Assembly (NCBI GenBank): GCA_964541815.1
Contig: CAZIRI010000001.1
Location: 26,845 to 90,844 of the forward strand
Length of the DNA stretch: 64,000 nt
Source: an uncultured Lachnospiraceae bacterium
GTDB taxonomy: Bacteria > Bacillota > Clostridia > Christensenellales > UBA1242
Reading direction: 5' to 3'
Notes under the pieces: model-generated
Databases searched by the model: none
What the model was told of the DNA's origin: nothing
Seen by the model: the letters and a program-made list of their open reading frames with translations, nothing else
Shown: piece by piece, positions 1 through 10,400 of the stretch
Layout of the letters: each line of letters starts with the position of its first letter
Numbering within the stretch: position 1 is the first letter of the stretch
Program-made: the position numbers and the translations under genes

Positions 1-299
1 TGATTGTGAAGAACAACCATAATTTCCCCACGATAATCACTGTCAATCACCCCGACTTTGTTTGCTGGTGCAAGTGAACGCTTGCATGCAAGCCCACTTC
101 TGGCATAAACCAAACCAACAATCCCAATAGGGATTTCAAATGCAAGCCCTGTTGGGACAAAAACTGTTTCGTGTGGAGCGATGGACAAATCATTGTCTAA
201 AACAGCATATAAATCTGCCCCAGCGGAAAATTCACTGCCATACGTTGGCAAAATTGCATTTTCTTTCAATTTTTTTACCCTAATTTTTTCTTTTTGCAT
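1..299 (-). CDS. dut: dUTP diphosphatase, 3' end cut by the window edge
   Basis: Not in the ORF track. My translation from the ATG at 299 gives MQKEKIRVKKLKENAILPTYGSEFSAGADLYAVLDNDLSIAPHETVFVPTGLAFEIPIGIVGLVYARSGLACKRSLAPANKVGVIDSDYRGEIMVVLHN. It carries the dUTPase motifs AGxDL, RSG and GxIDxDYRGE. Confidence 0.9.
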   Translation of the reverse strand, partial: MQKEKIRVKKLKENAILPTYGSEFSAGADLYAVLDNDLSIAPHETVFVPTGLAFEIPIGIVGLVYARSGLACKRSLAPANKVGVIDSDYRGEIMVVLHN

Positions 300-316
300 A
301 TTTATTTCCTTTTATT

Positions 317-847
317 CTACAAATTGTCTTCATCAGCCAAAACAACTCCGCCCGTGTTAAGTGATTTTTGAACATCGATAATTCTTTGATTTTCCGAACC
401 ACGAAATTTCAATTTCAAATTTTTCTTGCACAAAACAAATTCTCCGTCCACAAGATATTTTATATTTTTCAAAATTCGTGGCGTCCATTCAGTCCAAACT
501 TTGCCATTTGGTGCAATATCAACGCCATAAGTGTAGCCCGAATAGCACCACACATCTTTTTGTGGAAATTCTTTCTTAAACCTTTCAATCAATTCGCAAA
601 CATCTTTTTGATTTGCTTTTTCAAAAGGTTCACCACCCAAAACGGATAGTCCTCGAATATAATCAGGTTTGCAAGCAGAAATAATCTTGTCTTGAATTTC
701 TTGCGTGTATTTTTCTCCATAACAAAAATCCCAAGTTTCTGGATTGAAACAACCCTCACAATGATGAGTGCAACCACTCACAAACAAACTCACTCTGACA
801 CCAACACCGTCTGCCGTGTCATATTCTTTTATCGTTGCATAATTCAT
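317..847 (-). CDS. nrdG: anaerobic ribonucleoside-triphosphate reductase activating protein (radical SAM)
   Basis: 176 aa with an N-terminal GCTHHCEGCFN cluster motif typical of NrdG. It lies immediately downstream of nrdD. Confidence 0.9.
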   Translation of the reverse strand: MNYATIKEYDTADGVGVRVSLFVSGCTHHCEGCFNPETWDFCYGEKYTQEIQDKIISACKPDYIRGLSVLGGEPFEKANQKDVCELIERFKKEFPQKDVWCYSGYTYGVDIAPNGKVWTEWTPRILKNIKYLVDGEFVLCKKNLKLKFRGSENQRIIDVQKSLNTGGVVLADEDNL

Positions 848-919
848 AAAAACTTCCTTTTATTTCAAAAAAAGTGGATTTTTTGCGTTAAAACACCCAA
901 AAAACTCACTTTTTCAAAT

Positions 920-3043
920 TTACAAGTGCATAACTCTTGATTTTATTTCTTTTGTTTTCCCAACATTCCAAAAATTTTCACCCAAATATCCACAAGTTCT
1001 TCTTGTGACATTCATTCTCTTTTGGTCTTTGTTGTGACACTGTGGACACTCCCACTCATTGTTGTCATTGATGACAATTTCACCGTCATAACCGCAAACA
1101 TGACAATAGTCACTCTTTGTGTTAAATTCCGCATATTGAATGTTGTCATAAATAAATCTCACAACTTCTTCAAGTGCAGGCAAATTGTTTGCAAGATTTG
1201 GAATTTCAACATATGAAATACATCCGCCCGATGAAATTGGTTGGAATTCTGCTTCAAACTTAAACTTTGTGAATGCATCAATTTTTTCACGAACATCAAC
1301 ATGATATGAGTTTGTGTAATATCCCTTATCTGTGACATCTTTGATTGTCCCAAATCTCTTTTTGTCGATTCTCGCAAAACGATAGCAAAGCGATTCAGCA
1401 GGAGTTCCATACAAAGCAAATCCAATCCCAGTTTTTGCTTTCCACTCATCCGTCTTTGCTCTCAAATGTTTCATAACTCTCATCGCAAATTCCTTGCCGA
1501 CAGGGTCAGTGTGCGAAACACCTTTCATAAGTTTTGTCACTTCATACAATCCGATATAACCCAATGAAATTGATGAATAGCCACCTTCAAGGAATTTGTC
1601 AATCTTTTCGCCTTTGTCAAGTCTTGCGATTGCCCCATATTGCCAATGAATAGGGGAAACATCCGATTTGATGCCCATAAGGGCCTCATGACGCACCATC
1701 AATGCTCGATAACACAATTCAAGTCTTTCATCAAACAACTTCCAAAATTTGTCTTCGTCCCCGTCCGCAATAATGCCAATTTGTGGCAAATTTATGCTGA
1801 CAACACCTTGATTGAATCTCCCCTCAAACTTGTAATTCCCGTTTTCGTCCTTCCAAGGAGCAAGGAAACTTCTGCACCCCATTGGGCTGAAAACATTGCC
1901 CTCATAATTTTCACGCATTTTCTTTGCTGAAATATAATCTGGATACATCCTTTTTGCGGAACACTTCACAGCAAGTTTTGTCAAATAGTCATATTTTCCA
2001 CCTTTCAGACAGTTAAATTCGTCCAAAACATAAACAAGTTTTGGGAATGCTGGTGTCACACAAACACCTTTCTCATTCTTTATCCCTTGAATTCTTTGCT
2101 TGAAAATCTCTTCAATAATCATCGCATTTTCTTCCAAATATGGGTCATCCTTGTCAAGATACAAGAAGAGTGTCACAAAAGGAGATTGCCCATTTGTTGT
2201 GAAAAGAGTGTTGATTTGATATTGAATTGTTTGCACACCCGAAGCAAGTTCATCTTTCAGTCGCATTGCCACCAAATTTTTGAAATCTTCTTCGCTCAAA
2301 TCTGGAGATGTTTCACGGAATTGTCTTTCAAACTTCTCCTTGCTTTTTCTCAAATACTTTCCAAGATGCCTGATGTCAACTGACTGTCCGCCATATTGCG
2401 AGCATGCAACGGCAGCAATAATTTGAGTTGTCACAGTGCAAGCAACTTGAAAACTTTTTGGCGATTCAATCATTTTTCCGTTCATCACCGTTCCATTGTC
2501 GAGCATATCGCCAATGTTGATAAGACAACAATTGAAAATTGGTTGAATGAAATAATCTGCATCATGGAAATGCAAAACACCGTCATCATGTGCCTTCGAG
2601 ATGTCTTCTGGCAAGAGCAATCTTCTTGTCAAATCTTTCGAAACTTCTCCCGCAATCAAATCTCTTTGTGTGCTGGCAGCGTTTGCGTTTTTGTTTGAAT
2701 TTTCTTCCATAACATCTTTGTTTGAATTTTTCACAAGAGTCAAGATTGTTTCATCAGTTGTGTTTGACTTTCTTATCAAGGCACGATTATATCTGTATAT
2801 AATATACTTTTTCGCTAGGTCATAATGCCCCAAAGCCATCAACTGCTCTTCGATGATATCCTGAATATCTTCAACAAGAAGTCTTTTCTTGCCCAAACCC
2901 TCTATGTGTGAAAGGATTTGTTTTATTTCATCATGAGTTGCTCTTTCATTTTCCACAACTTCCTTGTTTGCCTTTTCAATGGCGATCGTGATTTTGCTTT
3001 GGTCATAATCAACAATTTGACCGCTTCTTTTGATAACTTGCAT
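920..3043 (-). CDS. nrdD: anaerobic ribonucleoside-triphosphate reductase (class III)
   Basis: N-terminal ATP-cone-like sequence (VIKRSGQIVDYDQSKI). C-terminal Zn site CHVCG...CPQC and glycyl-radical motif RRTCGYLG. Start moved to the ATG at 3043, preceded by AGGAGG at 3050-3055; the 10-codon track extension has no SD. Confidence 0.95.
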   Translation of the reverse strand: MQVIKRSGQIVDYDQSKITIAIEKANKEVVENERATHDEIKQILSHIEGLGKKRLLVEDIQDIIEEQLMALGHYDLAKKYIIYRYNRALIRKSNTTDETILTLVKNSNKDVMEENSNKNANAASTQRDLIAGEVSKDLTRRLLLPEDISKAHDDGVLHFHDADYFIQPIFNCCLINIGDMLDNGTVMNGKMIESPKSFQVACTVTTQIIAAVACSQYGGQSVDIRHLGKYLRKSKEKFERQFRETSPDLSEEDFKNLVAMRLKDELASGVQTIQYQINTLFTTNGQSPFVTLFLYLDKDDPYLEENAMIIEEIFKQRIQGIKNEKGVCVTPAFPKLVYVLDEFNCLKGGKYDYLTKLAVKCSAKRMYPDYISAKKMRENYEGNVFSPMGCRSFLAPWKDENGNYKFEGRFNQGVVSINLPQIGIIADGDEDKFWKLFDERLELCYRALMVRHEALMGIKSDVSPIHWQYGAIARLDKGEKIDKFLEGGYSSISLGYIGLYEVTKLMKGVSHTDPVGKEFAMRVMKHLRAKTDEWKAKTGIGFALYGTPAESLCYRFARIDKKRFGTIKDVTDKGYYTNSYHVDVREKIDAFTKFKFEAEFQPISSGGCISYVEIPNLANNLPALEEVVRFIYDNIQYAEFNTKSDYCHVCGYDGEIVINDNNEWECPQCHNKDQKRMNVTRRTCGYLGENFWNVGKTKEIKSRVMHL

Positions 3044-3076
3044 TTTTAACCTCCTATTAAGTTTCATTGCCATTAT

Positions 3077-3124
3077 ACAACATATTTTGTGTTAAGTAAA
3101 TAAAAAACCACAACATATTGTGTT
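3077..3124 (-). promoter_or_regulatory. two tandem NrdR-box-like operators upstream of nrdD
   Basis: acaacatattttgtgt (3077-3092) and cacaacatattgtgtt (3109-3124). Both are imperfect palindromes of the ACACnATATnTnGTGT type. They start 32 bp apart (about three helical turns) and lie 34-81 bp upstream of the nrdD start. Confidence 0.7.
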
Positions 3125-3355
3125 TTATATAAAAATTTTTATAAAAAAAATTTTATTTTTTTTGAAAAATCGCTTGACACATAGAGTTGCTATAAAAATA
3201 AATTTTGTTGTTATAAATATATAACTTAAAATATAGATGTGGACAAATTTGAAACTATTCGCAAAAAACTTTTTTGTGTATTTCAAAAAAAACACAAAAA
3301 AATATGTATGCAAAATGGTTGTGTTTTATGACTTTTTGCCCAAAGTCCACCCCAC

Positions 3356-3384
3356 TTGACTTATTGACTGTGATGTGATATAAT
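3356..3384 (+). promoter_or_regulatory. sigma-70-type promoter for the HAD hydrolase gene
   Basis: TTGACT (3356-3361), 17-nt spacer, TGa-TATAAT (-10 hexamer at 3379-3384). GGAGG at 3394-3398 and ATG at 3405. Confidence 0.6.
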
Positions 3385-3404
3385 ATACTTGTTGGAGGTA
3401 TAAT

Positions 3405-4406
3405 ATGAAGCAAACAAAATTGGATGCACTGGTTTTTGATGTGGATGGAACATTATACAAAAATCACAAATTGAGAGAGGGTGTTTCGGCACTTTTCAGC
3501 GAAATAGCAAAAACAAATATCCCAGTGATTTTCATTTCTGGGATGAACACAAAAGAACTGGTTTGTGTTGTGTCAAAAATTGAAAAAGAGGCGGGTGCAA
3601 GGCTCAACAAATGCATTATTGCATCGCACATGGGTGCGCATGTTGAAAATTACCACACTTCTGAAATTCTTTTGCAAGATTTGCCAATCAATGCAGAAGA
3701 AATTCAAAAAATAAAGAAAGTTGTCAATCACATGGCACCAACTTCAATTCTTGTATACAGAACTGAAAATCAAAATTATCAAGAAAGACCATATCTTGAT
3801 GACGAAAAATTTTTCCGTGGCATAAAAAACTTTATCGGGAAGCAATTTGTTGGCGGGCTGAAATCCCTGCTTGAAAAAGCAAAAGTGATTGAATTTGACA
3901 CCGAAAAAGCAAAAATAATGCAACTGCAAAGACTTATCGAAGATAAAAAAGTTTTGTCAGTTGACATCATCACACTGTCACGAAAGAAGAAAAAAATTAC
4001 AAGCCAACTCAACGGCACAACTCCCCTGTCAGTTTCAAATGGTTCACTCATTCAACTGTCCCACACAAGCAAATTGAAAACTCTTGAAAAGATTTGTCAA
4101 GTGTGCAATTTGAATGTTGACAACATTGCTTATTTTGGCGACAGTGCCAACGATATTGAATGCTTAAAAAGGGCAAAAGTCGCCTTTGCGACAAACTCGA
4201 CAAATGAAGAAGTGTTGAAAATGGCAATCGACGAAAACCTAAGCGGAAAAATGACCTACATAACAAACTCTTTGGGAGATATCAATGTGATTGAGTGTGT
4301 GACTGGCAATGAATTTGATGAAAAGAAATTAAGAGAAGACACATACGAAATTGCAAAAGAGCAAAAAATTTATTATGTTGAACACACAAAAACAAAGCAT
4401 AAATAA
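3405..4406 (+). CDS. HAD-superfamily (Cof-like, type IIB) phosphatase
   Basis: Motif I FDVDGTLY, motif IV GDSANDIECLK, with a large cap insertion between them. Confidence 0.8.
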   Translation: MKQTKLDALVFDVDGTLYKNHKLREGVSALFSEIAKTNIPVIFISGMNTKELVCVVSKIEKEAGARLNKCIIASHMGAHVENYHTSEILLQDLPINAEEIQKIKKVVNHMAPTSILVYRTENQNYQERPYLDDEKFFRGIKNFIGKQFVGGLKSLLEKAKVIEFDTEKAKIMQLQRLIEDKKVLSVDIITLSRKKKKITSQLNGTTPLSVSNGSLIQLSHTSKLKTLEKICQVCNLNVDNIAYFGDSANDIECLKRAKVAFATNSTNEEVLKMAIDENLSGKMTYITNSLGDINVIECVTGNEFDEKKLREDTYEIAKEQKIYYVEHTKTKHK

Positions 4407-4438
4407 AAAAATGTTGCTAAATTTAGCAACATTTTTTT
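4405..4438. terminator. bidirectional rho-independent terminator between convergent genes
   Basis: aaaaaATGTTGCTAAatTTAGCAACATttttttt: a perfect stem flanked by an A-run and a T-run. Confidence 0.7.
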
Positions 4439-4439
4439 A

Positions 4440-7400
4440 TTATTTGTTGTTGATATCTTTTCCTGCTTTCAAATCTTTGATCATATCTGCAACACCAAAT
4501 TTCTTTGCAATTGCTTGATACTTCTTTTCGCTTTCTTCTTTTTGTGCTTTAAGTTTTTTAGATCTCAAAACAAGCAAAAGCACAGCACCAAAGAGCACAA
4601 CAACCACGGCTCCGCCACCAATCAATCCATAGAGCAATGCATTTGCGATTGCGGTCTTGATGTCGTTGTTCAAAGTCAAATTGTCTTCTTCCAACAAGTT
4701 TGCACTTGCCATTGCATCCAAAAATTCTTCCGTTGCAACAACTGTGACAGTGTTTCCTTCTTGTTTTGCACCCAATTCTTCCAAAGTTTTCCCAGCGATT
4801 TTCCAATCTTTGATTGAATAAGTTCCCTTTGGAGTGTATGAAATCATGATTGTGTCACCAAGTTGGAATGTCTCCGTATATTTGATATCCGCAGTTATTT
4901 CGGCATTATAAACTGCTTGAAGTTGATAAGTTGCTTTCTCAAATCCAAATGCGATTGTTTTTGCACTTGTGATATTGAGAGTCGCAACATCTTTTCCATT
5001 TTCAGAAACAAAACTCTCTGTGTTTGAATCCGCTGAAACAAAGTCAGCATATGCACTTTCAGTTGTTGCATAGACTTTCAAAGTCAAGCCCGTGTCAAAC
5101 AACATTGTGTCATCATCTTTGACTCTGATTCTTTCAGATGTCAAATTCTTTGTTCCGTCACTTGCGAATGAGCCAATCACTGCATTGTTTTCATCAAGAA
5201 CATCAACACGATAAGAGCCCATTTGGATATTGTCTGTCTTCCCATCACTTGCAGTCAAACCTGTTGCACTCACAACAACATTGTATTGTTTGATAATTTC
5301 TGCCATGATGTCGACATTTCCCGCATCGTCAACATATCTGTCATAGAAAGTGTTGTCAATTGTGATAAATCCGTCTTTGTCAACAATTTCAGCCACTGAC
5401 ACATATTGTCCTGCAAGACTCTTGAGCATATAGCCGGCAAATCTATATTCCATGTTGTCAAGCAAAACTTTGTTGGCAAGTGTTTCAGAACCTTGCTCTG
5501 ATGTTCCATACACCAATTTGATTTTTTGTCCCAAAGCCCAACCATTTGATGTGTTGCTTTCAAGGAAGTTTCCGTCTGCGTCATAAACATCATAATAGAT
5601 GATTCCAGATGCATATTGAGTTGCACTTCTCACATTTTCTCCGTCAACAGGATCTGTCACCTTTGACAATTCAACAGCGTCTTTTGAAATAGTCAAATTC
5701 TTTGAAACAAACACCAAATTGATTTCCAAATTATCTGTGAATGACTTGTTTCCAATCTTGTTTGAAGCATAGTCATCATCTTGATTCAAAGAAACTCCAC
5801 CAATCGTGCTGGCAGTTTCATCAAGAGAAACCCTCTTGTTTCCTTTGATATTGATTGTTATCTTTGTGTCTTCATCGAGAGTGTAGACCATTGCATCGCT
5901 ATACACACCATCATTCAAACTTGAAATAGTTTGTTTGTCACCATTTTCATCCTTGTATGTGAGAGTGTAATAACTTGAGAATGCTGTGTCAGTCTCAGTC
6001 GATGTGTTCTCTTGTTTTGTGTAATAAGCGCCATTTTCAAATGTCTCAGATGTCACACTTGTGTCAAGTTCATATTGCTCGCCATTCAAAACATAATATT
6101 CTGTGCCCTCAATATAATTTGTGGCTTGTGTATATGAATATGTTGTGTTTGTTGAAACAAATGCATCGTTCCCGACATTGATTGTCAAATTGTATTGTCT
6201 TTGGAACACTGCAACAAATTGAAATTTGTTGTCAGAATCCAAATATTTATTCATATCTGCTTCCGTCACAGCGAGTTTGCTGATTTTCTTTTCAGTTGTG
6301 AAATACTCATCTGAATCAGCATATTTCCAACCAATAAATCTATACATAACACCATCAACAGTCTTCACACGAGAATCTTCGCTGTCCGTGTTCACTTCAA
6401 GGTCTGATACTTCTGCGTTCACTGAAACTGTCTTTGTGTCGATATCCTTTATCAATGATGATGACAAATTGTTTGATGTCGTGCTGATTGTCACACCACT
6501 CTTGTTTTTGATTGAAACAGCAAATTTGTATGCAATCTTTTCAACATCAACGGAAATTGCTGTGTCCGCACTTACACTACTTATTGTGGCAGTGTATTGC
6601 GAGCCATTATTTGATTCACTTGAAAGAGTCGCTTTCGCACCATTACCCAAAGTCACACCCTTGATTGTGTAATATTTGTCCGCTTTAATTGTGATTGTCG
6701 CTGATTGAGTAGCACTTATTCTGTTTTGCAATACATTGGAACTGGTTGCGTCATCTGAAATAACTGATATTGTGCAGTTGTCCAAAGACTCACCATCAGT
6801 TGTCTTTTCAACACTCACTGCATATGTGGTTGTTCCGCTCAAAGAAACTCCAAACGCCAAGTTTTCAACTTGATTTTCAAGATATCCATATGATTGCAAA
6901 CATGTCAACAATTCATTCTTTGTGAATGTCTTTGTTGCAGTCTTGTTGCCCTCATTACCAGTCAAAGCCGTTCCATCACTTCTTCCAATTTGGATATACT
7001 TTCCAGTGTCTTTGTTGTATGCTTGCCAAATGATGTTTTGGACTGAAGTTCCCGTTCCAGTATATTTCACTGTCAATGTGATGCCGTCCGTGTCTTTGTC
7101 AACAGCGGTCTTGTCGGCAGTCAATGTCACATCTTTCTCATTATCACTGCTCACTGTTGCGACTTTGTATTCCGCATTTCCAACAACGGCAGTCAAAACT
7201 GTGATTTGAGATGACAATTCGGCGGACGCACCCATTGTGTATGATGTTGGAGTCACTTCAGTTCCATTCCAAGATTTCAAAGTGTCTCCAAAAGATGAGA
7301 TGACAGGTGTGTCTTCGTCAATGAATGCCCCTTGCACATTGAATGTGTATTTTCCGTTTCCGTCAGCATCAACAACTTCTGCAACAGGTGTCACACCCGT

Positions 7401-10400
7401 GTTGTCGCCAAGGTCATAAACAACAATCTTCTTTGTCAATTGGTAGTCTTGTTCTGGATTTGAATTTTTTGATGTGTCTGTGAAAGTCCATTCAGTCAAT
7501 CCATCATTTTTCTTGACATCACTTGCGGAAACAGTGTTCTTCACGCACAAAATGTTTGAAGAGAACTGTTTTTCGTCAGTCAGTGAATCATCAAATGTGA
7601 ATACCTTGCCTGAATAACCCGCTTGTTGTTCAATAGTGTTTGAACTTACACTCAAATCATTGTATTTATAAACCGTCTTTCGAACATAATATCCTGACAC
7701 ATCTGTTCCGTCAGCCACGGTCACTTTCTCATATGTGCCATTCGTCAATGTGAAATATTTTGTGCCAGATTGAGCGGTGCCAGTTGCACTTTCATACAAA
7801 TCTGAAAGTGAAGTCAAAACTGTGTATTCATCACAACCCTTGACTGACAAATCCTTCAACCCACTGACAGAATCAACAATAACATTGTTTGCAATGTATC
7901 CATCTCTCAATCCTGCATAGAAGCGGTTGTAGACTGCTCTTTTATTTCCACAATAATTCTCACCAAATGTGTTCCAAACATAGTTGCTTTGAGTCAATCC
8001 ATAGACTTGCTTGCTGAAATCATGCTTAATGTCGTCACTTCCACTCTTGATATTGTTCAAAACATAGTTGTTTCTGATGTAGATGTTTTCTTTATAACTT
8101 GAACTTCCGTTTGTGGCGTTGAAACAGCCATAGAGCATACCCATATAGCAACGGGTTGTTGGAGTTGAAAGCAACTCTCCACTGCTCAAATCTTCTGTAT
8201 AGATATGTCCTGTTGAAACGCAGTTTTCAAGACGAATTGTTCTTTCGCTTGAATCATTTCTTGCATCACGTAAACCAATAATTCCGCCCAAATATGAAGT
8301 TCCTCTCATATTGTCGTAGATATCGCCCGCATTCAAGCAGTTTACGATTGTTTCATCATAATATGAAGAATAATCAGTTGTTATTCCGCCGACTCTTTGT
8401 CCTGTCAATGTTCCATAGTTTGCACAAGTGTCAAAGAGTGTGCTTGCATAGGCAATTCCCGCAACCCATGAAGTTGTTGAGCCAGTTGCTGACAATTCTC
8501 CAAAGTTCAAACACCTCTCAACTTTGTTTGCTGAAATATATGAAATTCCGCAAGTGAAAGCGCTTGATTTGTCATTCACAGCAGAAACTGTTGATGTGTT
8601 GACACAGCCAATCGCTTGACTTACATAGAATGCCACGCCCGATGCACGAACGTCAGCATCATCAGGAATTTTGTATGTCTTTGTGATTCCGCTTTCAGTG
8701 TATGTTTGATTTGTTCTTGTTGCTGAAATGTCATTCTTTGTTGAATAACAGTTTTCAATTCTTGTTCTGTCATAATATCCTGGAGTCCAAGTTGTGTCAT
8801 TTGCATAGCAAACTCCGACAGCATAAGCGCTGTTTCTTGTTGAATTTGCTGTGATTGTGCTTTCTTTTGTTTCACAGTTTGTCACATTGAGTTTTCTATT
8901 GCAATTGTCTTCTCTCTTGACATTTCCAACGACAAGTGAATAACCTTTGTAATCACCATGTTTTGTGTAGGTTGAACTGTATGTGTTGATTGCGTCAGCC
9001 TTGATAATGCAGTTGTCAACAACATTCTTGTCATATGTGATATCGTCAGTCAAATAACCGCTTGCGTTATCCATGCTCAAAGTGAACATTCCTGTCACAT
9101 AGTTTTGATTGTTGAACACAGCATCTTTTGATGTCGCAACAAGTTTTGAATTTGTGAGGGAACAATTTGTGACTGAAAGTTTGTTCCTTCCTGAAATGTA
9201 TCCCATTCCATAAGCGACAATGCTTTGGTCACGCCCTGCAACATTTTCTCTGTGAATATTCACATCAACTTGATCCATTTGGATGTTGTCAACTTCAATA
9301 TTATACCAGCGTGCATAAGCCGTGTAGTATGCACCATAATATGATGCTCCGCTGTTTGCATAAAGGTCATAAGAAACATTCTTGACAGAGTTGTTTTTGA
9401 AAGTTGTCTTTCCAAAAGCCGTATCTCCATATCTATTCATATCAGAACTATCGAAATACCTATCATTGTTTTGCCACAAAATACCCGTAAATCTGAAACG
9501 CGCGTTGTTTTCTTTTTGAGCATTTCCGTTTATGTCGCAATTTGAAATACTGCAATTCTCAACATCAATTTCTTTCACATTTCCTTCTGAATAGAACATC
9601 CCCGAAACATCCACATATTCTCTGTTTGCATCCAAATCAAACACACAATTCTTCACACTTGTGTTTGTTGCATACGATTTTGCAGTGCTTCTTGTCGCAG
9701 TGTTTGAATCGGTCGAACTACTCAAAGTTTCAGTCACTCCCGCATTGAACAATGTTCCCACACCATACAAATTTTGTGTGCAGTTTCTGTCATAGAAGAA
9801 TGAATCCCATTGGTCATCTGTGTATCCATAAGAATCTTTGTCATTTATTTTTGCTTCATAAGAGTTGTCGAGTTTGTAATGCACTTTTTCAACTGAACAA
9901 TTGTCAAAAGAACCGCTTCCAATTCCGAATGTGTATGTTTGAATCATATTCCAACTCAAATATGGATTGTAATATGATGACAAATTAAGCCCTGGTCTAT
10001 AATTTCCAAAGTCCAAAACTCCATCAACCTTGTTCACAAGGTCGCAAGATGTCACATGACAGTCTGTGTAATTTGCTGTCGCAGATCCAGATGAAAGAGA
10101 TGGCCATTCACTGTATATTGGCGTCCCCATTCCAGAAACGCTTTGCATTGCATGCATCTTGTAGTATTTGTCAGTTTGGACATAATAGTCGCCACTCATG
10201 CTTGCACCAACAGTGACATTCGCTTTTTCATATTTATCGTCGCTTGCGTTGTAAGTATAATAAACTCTTCCGCTTTGAGCAGTCGTGTCACTTGTCTTTG
10301 TGAAATACTCTCCAACGCATGTGTTGTTGACTGTCAAATTTCCAGCAACATTTGAGTTTGTCACATTGCAATTATCGAATGTGTTGTGAACAGTTGTTGT

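Noticed and set aside
3125-3313. 62-aa minus-strand ORF in the nrdD / HAD intergenic region.
   Set aside because: It lies in extremely AT-rich promoter/operator DNA. The product is a low-complexity Phe/Ile/Lys string, and there is no SD.
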